A stretch of DNA of 64,000 bases, from positions 32,001 through 96,000 of the forward strand of contig CAVQNT010000006.1 in NCBI GenBank assembly GCA_963714275.1, given 5' to 3'. This stretch comes from Candidatus Bathyarchaeota archaeon (GTDB taxonomy: Archaea > Thermoproteota > Bathyarchaeia > Bathyarchaeales > DTEX01). Shown one piece after another: positions 63,451-64,000 of this stretch. Numbering within the stretch: the first letter of the stretch is position 1; every line of letters begins with the position of its first letter. The notes under the pieces were generated by a model. It was not told the origin of the DNA. It saw only the letters and a list, made by a program, of their open reading frames with translations, and did not search any database. The position numbers and the translations under genes were made by a program.

Positions 63451-64000
63451 ATGCTTGAGGACTTTTGTTACGCACACTTCGGCGGATTCGGGCGCGGCTT
63501 GATGAAGCTCTTCAAAGGAATAGAAACCGACATGGAAGCTGCAAACATGAAACTTCACCCCGAAGTGTACCTTAGTATGATTAGTTTTGTCACATACTTA
63601 ATGGCAAATATATCCGTATTTTTATTGCTCCTGCTGTTTCTTAATGTTATCCCGTTACTGCTGCCTTTCTATTTTATGTTACTTATTCTAGTCACGCCTC
63701 CAATTTTCACTTTGTTAATTGGCGGCGTAATTCCAAAGTTTATTGCATCAAACAAAATTTCTGGACTTAGGAATGAGATTCCTTACGCGTCGATGTACCT
63801 GAGCGTTATGACTAGCGGAGGGCTTACTCCATATGCGAGCTTGTTGAGGTTAAGGGAAACCGAGTTACTTCCAAAGCTTAAAAACGAGATAGAACGTATC
63901 GAAAAAATCATCCTTTCGACAGGCATGGATCCCGTGTCTGCAATGGCAAAGGCTGCAAAAACTTTGGGCTTAAAGGAATACAAGGAGTTGCTGCTAGGTT
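63451..64000 (+). CDS. Type IV pilus membrane platform protein (TadC/PilC/FlaJ-like), partial
   Basis: ATG at 63451; TMs, then EIPYASMYLSVMTSGGLTPY, GMDPVSAM; follows the ATPase. Confidence 0.85.
   Translation, partial: MLEDFCYAHFGGFGRGLMKLFKGIETDMEAANMKLHPEVYLSMISFVTYLMANISVFLLLLLFLNVIPLLLPFYFMLLILVTPPIFTLLIGGVIPKFIASNKISGLRNEIPYASMYLSVMTSGGLTPYASLLRLRETELLPKLKNEIERIEKIILSTGMDPVSAMAKAAKTLGLKEYKELLLG

Noticed and set aside
3154-63983. Many antisense and overlapping ORFs in the six-frame track (e.g. 18984-19202, 31635-32435, 45299-45841, 62192-62551)
   Set aside because: They are shadows of well-supported genes on the opposite strand and have no recognisable motifs
1-64000. Numerous frameshifts (proA, secY, uL30, hdrA, czcD, portal, protease, etc.) as pseudogenes or programmed frameshifts
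   Set aside because: They affect essential genes and occur throughout the window, often at homopolymers; best explained as long-read indel errors

Overview
Archaeal chromosomal segment, most likely Bathyarchaeia/TACK. This is inferred from DGGGP synthase, Hjc, an HdrA-MvhD fusion, archaeal uS5-uL30-uL15-secY-EMC3/DUF106-cmk, a tRNA with a BHB intron and class III signal-peptide pilins. Many genes, including essential ones (secY, uL30), are broken by single-base indels, which points to uncorrected long-read errors rather than real pseudogenes. 0-27.5 kb: housekeeping and metabolic genes, tRNA-Leu(CAG) with a non-canonical 29/30 intron, tRNA-Thr(GGT), and a small tyrosine recombinase. The recombinase sits among four exact intergenic copies of the 18-bp pseudo-palindrome TTGATGCTTTTGTATCCA, a candidate site-specific cassette/inversion system. 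27.6-43.5 kb: an integrated element with small regulators and Zn-finger genes and an HK97-type head module (portal, protease, scaffold, decoration, encapsulin-like capsid) with no recognisable terminase or tail genes. It also carries a glycosyltransferase, AbiV, a PD-(D/E)xK nuclease, a second tyrosine recombinase and an unusual Mrr-like nuclease/family-B polymerase-palm fusion. 43.7-47.9 kb: a four-gene sugar catabolism operon. 49-54.6 kb: tail of the ribosomal/secY operon and a lipoate ligase. 55-64 kb: a type IV pilus locus.
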